Source: Lama glama
Lineage: Eukaryota
Reading direction: 5' to 3'
Assembly: GCA_028534125.1 (NCBI GenBank)
Contig: CM052817.1
Location: 63,490,001 to 63,554,000, forward strand
Length of the DNA: 64,000 nucleotides
Shown: positions 26,150 to 40,220 of the stretch, piece after piece
How the letters are laid out: every line of letters starts with the position of its first letter
Position numbering within the stretch: position 1 is the first letter of the stretch
The notes under the pieces: generated by a model
The model's database searches: none
Told to the model about the DNA's origin: nothing
What the model saw: the letters and a program-made list of their open reading frames with translations, nothing else
Translations under genes and position numbers: made by a program

Positions 26150-26360
26150 TTATAATTGCTATATGCAAGATATCTTTCTCAGCACTTGACATAAATTAAT
26201 TCATTTTATCTTTGTTATAATCAGTGTGTTAGATACAATTATTATCCTCATTTACAGTTGAGAAAAATGAAGTGCAAAGAGGCCAAGTAAATTGTCCAGG
26301 ATAACATCACTAAGAAGTGGAATAACAAAGGGTCTTCATCCTCTTTAACAATTGCTTGAC
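26150..26360 (-). mobile_element. MIR
   Basis: attattatcctcatttacagttgagaaaaatgaagtgcaaagaggccaagtaaattgtcc. Confidence 0.75.
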
Positions 26361-26589
26361 AGCCCAAATATAAATACACCTTGGTTAATTTAATTAATCC
26401 CATATAGATGAACATGTAAGCCACTTCTACTCTTAAAATAGATGTTGCAATAAACATTCAGTACATATAGCTTTGTATATTTGTCCAGTCATTTTCATAG
26501 GATAATTTTGTAGGATAAATATACCGGGTGGGCTCTAGGAAATTAGAAAGAGAGAGAGATACACATATATATGTACATATATGCACGTA

Positions 26590-26793
26590 CAGTTACACCT
26601 TGATCACATAGTGGGGCTCAGGGGCACTGACCTCATCCATGTATAACATTATACCAGGCCCTCCGTATTCAAGGTTACTCTATATCTGTGGTTTAGCATC
26701 TGTGTATAGTGTAGTACTGTAGTATTTATTGAAAAAAATGCACATATATGTGGACCCATGCAGTTCAAACCTGTGTTGTTCAAAGGTCAGCTA
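26590..26793. mobile_element. Tigger2/MER8-like TcMar MITE
   Basis: TA-flanked; terminal inverted repeats cagttacaccttga.. / ..tcaaaggtcagcta; internal tggacccatgcagttcaaacctgtgttgttcaa. Confidence 0.82.
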
Positions 26794-28679
26794 TACATAA
26801 TAAAACAAAAGAAAAACAGTTTTCATTCCTTGAAAGATTATTGGTGAGGGTATGTATGGAGAAATACAAACTTTGATGATAAATTTTATATATACATATA
26901 GGTATGTTATACAGGTGTGTATTCTTACAAATAGCTTTTATACAGACACATACTTATGTATCATGTAAGTATTGTGTATGTATCATGTGCATATCACATG
27001 TATATGTAGGTATATAAACATAAAATTTTAAATCAAAGTGTATTTTTCACACACATCTTTACCAATAACCTTTGCCAAAAAATCCCCATGAAATTGTGTT
27101 TCTTTTACTATTAGTGATATTATGCATCTTTTCATAGCGTTTATTAGCAATTTGTTCTTTCTTTCCCAAGGATATTTGATCCTGTGTTTACTTCTGCTCT
27201 GGGAGACTGCTGTTTCTACATTTGTGGTTGAAGTTGAGTAACTATGCTTCTCGGCTACTCATTGCTCTCAAAAGGAAAGTACTTGTTCCCTATAATTCAT
27301 CTATAGTTAAAATAAAAGTGCCTGAGAGTAGGCCTCTGTGGGAAGAACACCTGCCTGGAATGCAGGAAAATAGATGCATAAGCCCCCACGTGTGATGTGC
27401 CTGCCTCTATTCGTAATGCAAAGTTTGTTAATAAGAGCCAGCTGTCTCTTACAGAGCCAGAGAGTTCCCGCTCAGAGCATGTTTACTAAAAGGCCCTCTC
27501 AAGATGACAACCAACTGGGCAAGTGTCCTCAAGCTGTTTTTAGATGAAAGAAAAGAAGGTAAGTGGGGGTTAAACATAACATTTTTTAGAACTCCTGCTG
27601 AACAACTTCAGAAAGCTTTCCAATAAATTTAAGGTGGTACTCAATAAAGGAAAACTTAATTCTACTTAGAAATTGCTTTCAAGACCCTTAAGAGCCTTCA
27701 TTTTTCCCTTCATTTGGACCATTTCATCAAAGCAAGTTCTAATCAGTTTTAATCTAGTATGACGCAGATCTCTTTACTTGTTCAAAATATGGATCAATTA
27801 CCTGTTTTTCAGTCTTACAGGAGTGTTTAAAGATCATTTTTCCTGGATATAAAAATGAATGTCTTGAACTTTTCAAAGTAAAATGTTACTCTTACCCAAT
27901 GTGTGTGTGTGTGTGTTAAAAGGCTTTAAACAAAGGATAACATACATTTTATCTGGAAAGACACAGGAGGCCAGTAAGAAATGCTGTTTTTCATAGGAGG
28001 AAAATTGTGGAAGAGAAATTAAGCAAATTGTTTAATGTATGGATTGTAATTTGGAATATCCTGAGAAACTGGACCAGATAGAAGAGATCCTTTAGAAGGA
28101 ATTGATATGGTAAACCATGTCAGCTCAAGCAGCATTTTACTTATTAGGAAGTCACAGATTCTGAGCAGTCTAAACTATTGATTTTCAACTTGTAGAAACT
28201 TTGCAGAATTCTATGGATATACTAAGTTATTGCACAAATTTGAATGAGATCCAAATGCAAATCAAAATGTAGTATAACAGAGTTGTTGCTTTACATTTAA
28301 AGACTTCTTAAAAATTAGTAACAAAAAAATGATGGTCCAAAGGAAAATATAGTGAGTAAAAAAAATAAAAGTATGGAATACATTTTATAAAATACCAGTT
28401 GCCAGGACATGAAGTTTTGAAATTTTCCTTTTCAGTATGAAAGGTTGAATGATATATTGTTGAGATCACTAGCTCATAAGTGAGAAAGACTTAGGCTCTA
28501 GCTTTGTGACCTAAACCAAGATACTTACAGCATTTCTTTATTTATAAAAGAAAGATAGTATTAGTTCTTACCTCACAGTGTTCTGTGCATTTTTTTTTAA
28601 AGGAATGCATTGGTGGCTAATAATGAGATATTTTTCATTCATTATTTAGCCAAAGAATTAAGTGATGCTATTCAATGTT

Positions 28680-29200
28680 TGCATGATTTTGAGAAATGGA
28701 CACACTATATTACATGTAGAAGTCCAAACTGAATCATCCTGCCATACTAGAAGGCAAGTTGGCAATATGAATCAATACGGGAAGTAATCCCATTTGTAGA
28801 ATCCATAATAAAGAAATAAGAAAAGAATGAGGAGTGTATTTGCAAGGTTGTTTGCTAAAAAAATTCCTATAGCAGCAAAAAATAATTCTAAGGCTATAAA
28901 ATTCAGGGATATAACCCATTGTACATGTACATAATGGACTATAACACACCCAATAAAGATAGATGGTGGATTGATTTAATTACATGGAAAGATGTTTGTG
29001 CTGTATTGTTCAATGAAAAAAAGATTAAAACAATTCACATAGGATAGTCCCATTTTTAAAAGGTTTAAAATACATACTTTATTAAAGTTTAGAATATATA
29101 TGAAAAATCTTGTCAGTTATTTCTAGATAGTGAGATTTGAGTTGTATTTTACTACTTTTTCTAATTGTTCAATAATCAATGTATTTTATTTATATACTTT
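28680..29200 (+). mobile_element. Ancient L1ME 3' fragment
   Basis: gagaaatggacacact..gaaggcaagttggcaatatg..gtaatcccatttgtagaatc..acatggaaagatgtt. Confidence 0.65.
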
Positions 29201-32200
29201 TTGAACTGTGTACTATATATTACAATAATGACATATATAATACATACTATATATTACAATAACAACACGCTTTGCTATGTAAAGCCGTACATGTAAATAC
29301 CTGTTTACATAGATTATATAATTCTATGACAATAGCAGTTAAATTAAACCTATTGAACTGCTATTTCTTAATAATTTCTTGAGGTCTATTTGCCCTGTCC
29401 TTAGTAAGATAAGCTAATTACAAAGATGGAGGAAATTTTTTAAAAATCTGACCTCCTCTCCTAGCTCAACCTTTCCCCTTGTGAGAAACATCTGAGCATT
29501 TCTCATGTTTTAAAAATGTTGGAAAACACACTGGTCAGGTTGCAAAGAATAAAAGTTTATCTTGATAATTTTGCTAAGGTTTCCTAACTCTCTTTTACTT
29601 AAAAGCATAAAAACCAATGCTAGGTCACGCTTCCATTTATTGATCTAAGAAATGTTTATGGAATATGTACTGTGTGCCAGGTACAGATGTGGAGTCGAAG
29701 CCTGAGTGTAAATGATGCCTGGATGCATCAGTTGGTATCTAAAACAAGAGTGATACTAATGATTAAGAGAACCTGGTCATGAAAGAAAGAAATGAATGGT
29801 ATTTGCATTATTTTCCTCCCAATCACTAAGATACAGGAAGCAACTCAAAAAAAATTTTATTCAAGGATTGATAGTCTGCTGAGCTTATTTAACAGTATTT
29901 TTTAAAAATTTTCTGTTGACCTTTATTTCCAACTGACAAACTTTTGACTACCAGATTTTATTTGAATATTATTTAAAAAGTTACAATGATAGCATTCCCA
30001 TTACTCATACACAGAGAGTGGAGAGAAACAGGGAAAGGATGAAACTATCATAGTATTTGGTGAGTCCCAAGTGAGATACTTTACATATATCAAAATCCCT
30101 TTCTAAGGGATGTTATGTATAACTTCAATATACAAGAAGAACCATCTTACCTAATCATGACTGGCTGAGCTAGAATTTGTGAATTCTGTACAATGACTTT
30201 TCTTAGTGAATTTGTTGCTTTCTTTATAAAATGCAGATTGTGAAGAGAAATGAACAACCACAGGAGGCTCAATTCAAGTTTGTTGAGTCAATTTATTTAA
30301 ATTCAACAAATGTTTATTGAACACCCACTGGGTGTCAAATCTTGGTGCTGGAGTAATTGATTCATAATAGTTTGGATGGTCTTCAATTAAGAGAGTTTGC
30401 AATATTTTCTTTGCTGTCAGTGTGGTTGGGTGGGGTTCTGAGATAATTAACATATAAAAATCTTATGAATTCCTAGAGGAATGATACAGAAAGATAAACA
30501 AATGTTATTCTCTGCACTCATAACTATTATTTCTTTTGTGACAACCTATTTGTCAGAAAATTGTGCCTTAAAAACAAATATGGAAAACTCGTAGTTGATA
30601 ACAAATGCAGATGAAAATCAAATTTGCAAATTATTTTGAGACTTTACAAAAATCTTGACAAATCAACATCTGCTCCAAGAAAGTTAGTCAGACATGCTAA
30701 TAAATAAAGATGAAATTATGCATAAAATCATGAAGCTAAATGAGACTTTAGGATGTATCTTTATTTTTTGTCCTCTCAGAAAAACTATATCAAATTCTTC
30801 ACAGAAGATTTGTTTATTCTATTCATGCAAACTTCCAAAAGAAGAGGTTTTTTTTTCAAAGCTCTGATGGGAGATTCATTTTTTTCACTAAAGTAATATT
30901 TGTTGAATTCTATGGCAAGCCACTTAATATCTCCTCATATGGTCAAAACCTATTAAATTTACCATTTACCTACCAATTTCTTTTTTTATTATGATTATTG
31001 AATTATCACTTCTCACAGATTATTCTAAAATGTTTCACACCCTTGTGCCTCTCTTCAGTACCCTTTTAAATCTACTCTTAAAATTCTCCTGTAGTTCTTT
31101 TAATATGAACAAGGTCTAAGCACCTAGAATTCAACCAGTGTACATGGTCATCGTAGCTCAACTCTTACAATAGCAGAAGCACAAAAAACAGGAATCCATT
31201 TTTGCAATTTTATGTCCAGTTTTGTCACACCAATGGTTTATCTGAATTCTAGTCACTGTGGAAGGAAACTACTAACATAGGATGCTTGGATAGTTCAGAT
31301 CTGGCACGTAAGGTTGTACTCAGGTTAAGCGAGGTGCCCATGGGTAAAAAGGAAGAAAAGTAATTCCAATAGAAAAGTCTCTGAGAAAGCCATTGACAAC
31401 TTCGCCTGCTCATTTGCTTCCCATGACACCATTTGTTTTAGAAAACAGGTCTGCTCTCAGCACTGGGCAAATCCCAAATCCACCCCAACGAAAATTGTAT
31501 ATGTTTGGTTTTCACTAAGGGCCTATAGAGATAGGGCTCCCTTCTGGGACCTCAAATACTCAAATTCTGATACTCAAACACTCTCTACCCTCCCACTCCC
31601 CACCCTCTGCCAAAGTCCCAGAAAAAGGATTTTGACTGCCATAAATAGGCATAGCTTGGCAGCAGCTCCAGAAGTAACCACATGATAACACATTTACTCC
31701 AGAAGAAAGGGATTTATGCATTTTAGTGGCACAAGTAAATGTCTGGCATCTCTTTATGTACAAAGACAGAGGAAAGCCGTGATAGGGACGAGGTTCATTA
31801 GCATAGGAATGTTTCTGCCTTCTGGCTTACCTTAATCCTTTCCTTTCTAAGGCAATGATAGAACTTATTGTATATTTTATAAATAAAGAAATGGGATATT
31901 GGGAGAGGGTGGAGGCAAGAGTGAAGGATTTGATTTCAGGGGCTAAATCTATCAATGCAATAAAAAGCTGGGAGTGAAGGGAGAAATTGAGAAAAAGAAA
32001 ACTTGGGATGGAAAGAATGGTGGGTGAGGTGTGAGAGACTCCAAAGGACTCGTGGAGAATGAATGGGCTATTTGAGATGTGTCGCCGTGGGCTCTTCAGG
32101 AGACATAAGTAAAGAATGAAGTTCTTTTTCCTTACATGAGTTGTTGTCCAGTGCTTCTCTAAATGTGCCTGTGCAGAAGCAGAACCCCAGCGCCCCAGGG

Positions 32201-32689
32201 TTTATGGGCTGTAATGTAGTACTCAGTCTATCTGTATTTCTCCCTTTCTAAATTTTAAACTTTTTAGGGGCAGTTCTGTTTTACTCATCTTTGATTTCTG
32301 GCCAGCAATGAATAGATTGTGTGATTACTTCAACATGTTGGATGCTACATTGACATTTCCAAATGCAAACCTTTTATTACAATATTTTAATAATAATTTT
32401 CTCTTGAAAGCGTTAATATATTTGTGTTACCTTAAATATATAAATGTATTCACATATATAGATATAGACATAGGCATAGATATAGTCAATGTATGTCTTA
32501 AAGGTATATATGTTGAAGGTATAGTCAGAATATTAGACTTTATTCTTAAGAAACATTACAAAGTTGTGATGATTTTGTGCTTGTAAAATCATATCTTCTA
32601 CCTCTGAAGTTATACTATTTGGCAGTTACTATTTGAATAAAGGTATAATGTACGTACTCTAATATTGAGGTTCTGAAACATTTTAAAAT

Positions 32690-33110
32690 ACCTTTTAAGT
32701 TTTATTACATTCTAAGTCTAGAATATCACCTAAGAAAATAATGTTTAATTCAGAAAATAAATTTATGTGCAAAGATATTCATTGAGCATTGTTTCTTGAT
32801 ATTGAGAAATTGGAAATATCCAAAATATCCTAAAAAGAGAATAATAGTTTAGTTAAATTTGGTATAATTTTAAACCAAAATAGCTAGAAAATGTTTTGTT
32901 ATGATGTTGCTGAAGAAGGTAAGATTAAACGAATATAAGTGTATATAAAACAATCTTAGAGAACTTTAAAGTATAGATAGGAAATGATTAGAAAGTTAAT
33001 GCAGTTGAATGTTAATGGTTTTTTAGTGTTCGTTAAACTGGGTTATTTTTTCTTTACTTTTACATTTCTATATTACCTATATTTCTATAATTATATAACT
33101 TTTGAAATTA
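32690..33110 (+). mobile_element. Ancient L1ME 3' fragment
   Basis: ttatgtgcaaagatattcattgagcattgttt..aaattggaaatatccaaaatatcc. Confidence 0.6.
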
Positions 33111-33639
33111 AAAATAACTAAAAATCTTATTATTAAGGAGTAATTACAACACTACTTCAATTCTATTAGTAAAATTTATTTTTCACATTTCTTATATGCC
33201 TAATAAATTAACCTGCATAACTATCATTCAGTCAACATATTCTGAGCGCATTCTGTGTATGAGACAGTGTTTTAGATGCTGAGGACACAAAGTGCCAGGC
33301 TTTGAATTAGTAATCTCTCCTGTGTTACTTCTTGAAATAATGAAAAATGACAAGATAATTATATGTATTATGGGAATTTAAAAAATGTAGTGTACTACCT
33401 TTTTGCATATGTTGGGTATTAAAAATACATGTAACATTCACAGTAAAATATCAAAAAAAATATTAGCTACAATTAAGTTCCAGATGATATTTTAGAAGTA
33501 AGCCAGCCTAAAAGTAAGTAATAAAAAGCATCCTTACACTAAACCTTCCTCATCAAGAGAGAATCAAACCAAAAGACACAAAGAATTTAAGAAATAAAAA
33601 GTCAACAAACCAAAATCAACCTTAGAGTTTAGTATCTTC

Positions 33640-34742
33640 TACTTCTTGTATAGTCTATACTCACTCCTTAGGTGATTTCATCCAGTTCAGTGGGTTAAAT
33701 TCCATCTTTAGGTTCATGTCTCCAAATCTTATATATCTGGTTTAGATCACCCCCTGGAGTTTCAGACATCCATCCAACTAGCTCTTCATTCTCTTCACTT
33801 GGATATCTAATTGGCACCTCAAACCTAACATGTTCAAAACTGGCATCCTGAGAGATTCCCCCAGAACTGTTCTTTTCACAGCTTTTAGTTCTGTGTTCTC
33901 AGATACTTAGGTCAAAATCTTGATGGTCTCCCTTATCTTCTTTTTTTATTCATTCACACTCCTGTCTGATCTGTCAGCAAATCCTGTTGGCTCTACCTTC
34001 ACAATATTTCCAGAATCTGGCCAATTCTCTCTACCTCCACTACTACCACCCATCTCTTACCTGAGTCATGATCTCTCTGTTTCTGTCCTTAGACTCTTCT
34101 CATTCTTTTCTCCAAAGAGATACCAGAGTGATGGTGTCAAAATCTAAGACAATGCCTCATCACCGTTCAAAACCCTCCACTGGTTTCCCCTCTCACTCAG
34201 GGTAAAAGCTGAATCCTCACAAGGCCCTCGAAGGCTCCCTGGGATTTGCCTCTCTCCCATCGCCTCTTTGACTTCCTCTCTTATTCACCTCATGCTGGTT
34301 CACTCTGCTCTGCCACACTGTTCTACTTGTTATTCCTTAAACAACAAGTGCTCACTTCAGGGCATTGGCGCTGTGCCTGGCTTCTTTCTTTTAATAGCTA
34401 CAGGCTCACCCCCAATCTCCCTTTTGATCTCCCCTCAAATGCCCCCTTCTCAAGGAGAACTTCTCTGGCCACCCTGGCCAAAATTGCAACCCCCACCTCT
34501 CTCATTGATTTTTTCCTTACCCCTCTCCTTGCTTTGTTTTTCTCACTAGCATTTTTATTTAATTATTTTAATATTTTATACCCTTCCTTCCCCAAAATCC
34601 TCTGCCTCCCCAATATCCTCTGCCCTCATGAAGGCAGATATTTTTGTCTGTCTTGTTCATTGCCACATCTCCAGTGCCTAACAGAGATGCTTGGCAATAG
34701 CTGATACACAACAAATATTTCTTAAATTAATTAATGAATGAC
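33640..34742 (+). mobile_element. L2 (L2a-like) 3' 1.1 kb
   Basis: ggtgatttcatccag..cacttggatatctaattggcacctcaaacctaacatgttcaaaac..cagcaaatcctgttggctctacc..ends aaatatttcttaaattaattaatgaatga. Confidence 0.9.
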
Positions 34743-36799
34743 CCATGGGATGATGGTGGTAACTTGGGTAGAAACCTGAGTAAAGTCAAAAGAGGGACTG
34801 AAGAAACATGCTTGTTTAAGAATTGGGGAATATAGCTAAGTTATTTTTCCCATCAAATGGATTAATAGATGGTGAAAATAAATCAATAATGGCCAGTTTG
34901 GGTTATTTCACATTCTCTACCAACCAGCCTCACTGTGAAAATTGGCTCATATCTTCTGAGATCGAATTGCTTTGGATTGGTCAGTTTCTGACAGTCTTGC
35001 CACAACCAAGTTGTTCTCCCAGCTCCTGCTCCCAGATGATACATGAGTTAGACATGGGGCTCTTCAACAATATCTGGACACAGGGGGACATTTTTCAATG
35101 TCTTTGAATTTACACACTCAAGAGTAAATTTCTAAAGAGTATAAACACAATTATTGGCAACATCTACATTTGCAGGACTTTGAGCTGGAAACAATTTGGA
35201 AAAGATATAGTATATTCAGTGTTGAGGGATCTAACATTTTCAGTAATTGGCTGAAGATGGAAACATAATAAGAAAATTTGATTTAGAAGTTACACTTAGT
35301 TTTATATTTCAATAAGAATGATAGGTTCTTTTTTTTTTTACTATGTTTTATAAAAATCAACTGTTAGATGCAGTAAGCTCAAGCAAACATATATATGATC
35401 TCTTTTTTCTATCTCTCAGGCTCAAGTGACAATGATTCAGAAGTGCCATATTCAGAATATAATTCACAGATAATTATGTTCCATATTTGTAGGGAATCTA
35501 GTACATAAATTCTTAAATGGAGCAGTTTAACCAACTTTAAAAGAATGGACAGCTGAATGGAATTGTGATAATATAATGTAGAAGCATAAAAATTGAAAGA
35601 GTATAGTCGCCTTGTAAATTTGCTCCATTTCATATTTATGTTCTCTCCTCTATTTATTGTATCATATATCAAATGATTCAGCTTCCTTGGAAACCCATTT
35701 TTATAAGAATAGTCCTAGTGATACAGCCATGGTAAATCTGGAGTAAGAACTTAAAGATACATGACCTCCTATATACTCCAGATGGCCTTGTATGATTTCT
35801 TCAATCGTTTTGAAATGCAAAGAAGCTCTATGGACATCAGTCAAATGGTGACATTTAAATGTTCACTAACCTAAGATTTTCTTGGATGAGGAAGGCGTCT
35901 GGATAAATGTGCACATTTGGAAAGCAATGGAGTCCCAGCATCTGCCACACAGCTCTGTAAAATAGCCAGAATGAGTCATGAATGATCTGATGAGCTCCCA
36001 CACAAAAGCAAATCATGTTGAGTCAATTCTTCATCTTGAGTGTCAAATTAAAGTGGTTAATATATCCATCGGTCTTAGCAATGGCTTGATAACTGTTGAT
36101 AAGACTGGATTATTTAAATTGCCACTGAATTTCCCCCTTCAGTTACTTTGCCATGATGAGTAAAAGGCTCACTACATTTTGTAAGGTGTCTAAGGCTATG
36201 TTTCATGATGAGATGTATGAAGCATTTAATATTACATTACTAAAAATATAGTTTCATTCAGTTCTTATATATAATTTTAAGATATATATAAAATATATTA
36301 TTTTATTCTTCTGCCTGTTGCTAATAACCACTTTGTACTTTGAGTAACCATTAAAGAATATTTATATTTATCCTTCTATTACATATTTTTGGTCTTCCTT
36401 AATCTCATTCAAGCATATTCTTTAATTATAGAAATAAAAATGATTATTAGCTTATTTCACAGAGAAAGTTTTTTTTTCTTTATCTGTAAAAATAATTCAG
36501 ATTGTAAAATGTTTATAATTTACAAAACAGCTGTTTTACAAAGCAGCCATATGCCAGGAAATTATTAAAGCCAAAGCACATCTTTGCATGGCACTAATTT
36601 TACTCAAAGGTGAGTATAAAACAAAATTTTATTACACCTAATGCAATATATTAAAGAACAGAACTAAAAAGTCATATGTATTTTTTATTTAAAAACTGGG
36701 AAATCAAGGAAATTTTGTGTTTGGGTAGCTGGTTCAGACTTAGCCCAAGAGTCCCAGGGTTACATTTCCATACCCTAGAACCTTAAGACTTACATAGAA

Positions 36800-37010
36800 A
36801 CTATGAGACACACCAAATGTATTATTTAGGTTTTTAAAAAATCACTCTAACAACTGTTAGGTAGGTAGGGCAGACGTTTAACAATCTCATTTTACTGAAA
36901 AGGAAGCCAAGGCTAAAAAGAATTCCATGATTTGCCAAAATGATTAACTAATTATTAAGTTTTGAGACAGGGTTCCAGGTCTTTAAAGTCTGAATCTCGT
37001 GCTCATTTTA
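36800..37010 (-). mobile_element. MIR
   Basis: ctcattttactgaaaaggaagccaaggct..gatttgccaaa. Confidence 0.6.
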
Positions 37011-38059
37011 ATAATAGTGATGAAGGATAAAACAATACAAAAAAAAAAGTAAAAACATGGACAAGAATAGACCAAACCCATCAAATCAGAAATTAACTTT
37101 CCTCCCTGATTCAAATATATACTTTCTCTGATTTGTAAAAATTGTATTTAAAAAATTTCTTAGTATAGAACTTTTAATATGGCTCATTCATCAAAATTAT
37201 CTAGTATGGCTCACCCACAAGAAGTATGTATTTATCTATCTGCCTACCTATGTAGTTATCTATATGTCTACAGTTAGTGAAGTACAGAAATAAAAAGCTG
37301 AAAGGAAATATTTCCAGGCCACAACAATGTTTACCATAAAACTGTTCTCTGCAAGACAGCCACAGCCTGGTGTGATCTGTATTGAATGCTATAATATGAA
37401 TGAAATGCAGTATATTAGCCAAGGGATCTCAGCAGCTTATGCAGCTGTTAATTGACAAAAATAAATTCAGCTGGTACATGAATTCATACCATGAACAATG
37501 TTTTATAGTCCAACAATTTATGTGAAACTGAATGGGGCCCACATGGCATAACAAAACAATGGTGGTTAGAAAAATTGCCTCTTCCACCTCCACTTGATTT
37601 GTAATATTGAAGTGCTCCTGCGGATTCATACTTCATGCAGAGTCACTCCTTAAATGGAGATCAATGAAGAAGCAAAAAGAAAAAAATTGTTGAAGAGTTC
37701 AATCATTTTATAATGTCTTCTAAATAAATAAATGGCAATCTAGTTCAATCCAGTTTTAAAGAAGGAATTATTTAAAATGTAAGCTTTATGTTTGATATTT
37801 CTTATCATAGAAATTTGTGAAATTGAAATTTTTAAAATCTGGTGTCATGGGTTAATAAAGAATAATTTTAAATGAAATGTGTATTCAGTAAAATCTCTTT
37901 ACAAGGCATGTTTTGTGTCTATTTGACAGACTGGTTTATGCTGCAGATACCATGCAAAACAGACACTATTTTTGTCCAGATACTAACTTTGACTCTTGCC
38001 TGAGGATCAGAAGGATTTTTTTTAAATAAAAATGAAAAATGTATAAAATAAATCATGTG

Positions 38060-38270
38060 TTTTCTCACTGTACTAAATATATTACATGTATTTTGTTATT
38101 TAATTCTCACAGAAAAACTATTAGGTAAGTAATTTTATCTTTATTTTCTATAGGAGTAAGTGGAGGTTTAGAGCAATAAAGCAACTAGTTCCAAATCACA
38201 CATCAGAACTGGTATTTGATTCCAGGTTCTTGTAAATATTCCAAAGTCAGCGCTTTTAAGCAATGCTTAC
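38060..38270 (-). mobile_element. MIR
   Basis: tttaattctcacagaaaaactattaggtaagtaatttt..aaatcacacatc..atttgattccagg. Confidence 0.65.
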
Positions 38271-38388
38271 CATGTTTGCCTTTAAATAAGTATAGGAATT
38301 TATTTTATTTTTAATCAACCCAAATCTGGTTATTTTTTAATTTTCTGAGTGTGGAAAAACAATATAAAATCATGAAATTTTCAACTGA

Positions 38389-38943
38389 GTGTGACAGACA
38401 GACCCAAGGTGACCCCAGTGGTCTCTGCTGTCTGGCATTCATGTCCTTGCATAATCCCCTCCCCTTGACTGTGGATGGGACCTGTGACCTGTTTCTACTA
38501 ATAGAATATGGAAAAGATGATGGGATGGTGCTCCTATGATTATATACATTGTATAAGTCTTGCTAGCCAAATTGCTTCACAGCTTCTCCTTGCTGGCTTG
38601 ATGGAGTAAACAGCTATTCTGAGAAAGCCCATACAGCAAGGTGGTCGGTAGGACCTGAGGGCAGCCTCAGATGAGAGCCAACAGCCAGTAAAAAATCAGG
38701 GCCTTTTGTCTTACAGTCATGAGGAATTCTGCCTGGATTTGCTTAAAAGGAGATAATATTCCCAGCTGAGCCAGTTGAAAGCACCATTCGGACAGCACCT
38801 TGATTGCAGCCCTGATTTATCCTGAGCAGAGAACACAGTCCTGTGCCAGGTCTTCTGACCTATAGAGACTTGAGGTAATAAATATGTTGTGTTAACCACT
38901 AAGTTTATGGTAATTTTTTTTATGGAGCAATATAAAACTAATG
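38389..38943 (+). mobile_element. MaLR solo LTR (MLT1E/F-like)
   Basis: cataatcccctccccttgactgtggatgggacctgtgac..ataaatatgttgtgttaaccactaagtttatggtaattt..aaaactaatg. Confidence 0.85.
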
Positions 38944-39813
38944 CTCTGGATGAGAAGCTGGATTGGCAGGAGTATTTCAGAAAGGAAAATGACATCTCTG
39001 TTTTAATTCACTTGCATGTGAACCATATCTGTGTGCATTTTCCACCTTACTCCAGACTTCTGGAGTTACCTCAATGATCTTGACCTTGAGGCTTCAAGCA
39101 AATCCCAAAATGAATAGTGCTCAGAGTACCATCATGCCAAGAGGACAGAAGTTTCACCTTCTCTCAAGTTTAAGTATTTTTATTCTGCAAGTGAGAAATC
39201 ATCTCCTGAGTCATTATTATTCAACATCAAATATGTAATATTTGAGTTGAGATTTTGCTAAAGCACAAGGAGGAAAAAAGACAGTATTCTTTTATTTTTC
39301 TTATTGTCCCTTGATTTTCTTGGGTGCCCTTTAAAAAAGTCAAGACATACCCAGGGAAAAATGAACTTCAGAAACTTTGGAGTTATGTCGCTTAATTTCA
39401 ATGACTACTAAATGTCAGGAAACCATCCAAAGGGAAAGATGATGTTGATGTTAAATTCTGAATAGTGTTTGGAAAAAGTTTAGATGTATTTACAAAGTGT
39501 TCCCTGATTTATTATTTACATAGTTTCTATCACTACCTTAAAAAAATCACCACAATCTTAGCCATTCAAACAACACAAATGTATTGTCTCATAGTTCTGT
39601 AGGTCAGAAATCCAATAGGTTTGGCTGATTGCTTTACTTTGGGTTCCACAAGGCTGCAATCAAGGTGTCATCAGGGCTCTGTTTTTTCTGGAGGTTCTAG
39701 AGGAGAATCCATTTCCAGATCCTTTTAGAATCTACCCACTGGCAGAACTCAGTACCATGGGTTTGTGCTACTAAGGTCTTCATTTCCTTGCTGACTGTTG
39801 GCTGAACTCCTCA

Positions 39814-40220
39814 TGTAACAGGGAAGAACCTCGGTATTCTAATTTAATCACCGAAGGAATGTTGCCTGTAAGCTTAGATTTTGCATAATAGTCCGTGCCT
39901 GGGAACCTTGCCTCCCAGGTGATGAAGGTTGAGCTAAAATACCTCTGATTTGCTCTCCAGAAACATCCTGACTAGGCCCACCTGTGAGCGACAGTGGACA
40001 GGAATAAGTTGAAGCCGGAACCGGGCTTTAGTCCCGCCCCTTTCAGTATAAAAGCCGCCTGAATTCTAACTCGGGGAAGATGGTTCTTTAGGACGTTGGT
40101 CTGCTATGTTCTCGGTCTGCTGGCTTTCCGAATGAAGTCGCTATTCCTTGTCCCAATACCTCGTTTCTCAATCGATTGGCCTGTTGTGCTGTGAGCAGTA
40201 TGATCCTGGACTCAGAAACG
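39814..40220 (+). mobile_element. Solo ERV1-class LTR (407 bp)
   Basis: TGTAACA start; U5-like end ..gagcagtatgatcctggactcagaaacg; 4-bp TSD ctca (39810-39813) / ctaa (40221-40224); TATA at 40047. Confidence 0.85.
40015..40054 (+). promoter_or_regulatory. LTR core promoter motifs: CCGGAA (ETS core), CCCGCCCC (GC box), TATAAAAG
   Basis: Motifs read at 40015-40020, 40033-40040 and 40047-40054; activity not shown. Confidence 0.55.

Noticed and set aside
34246..34704. 152-aa ORF
   Set aside because: Entirely within pyrimidine-rich L2 sequence; low-complexity L/S/P/F peptide.
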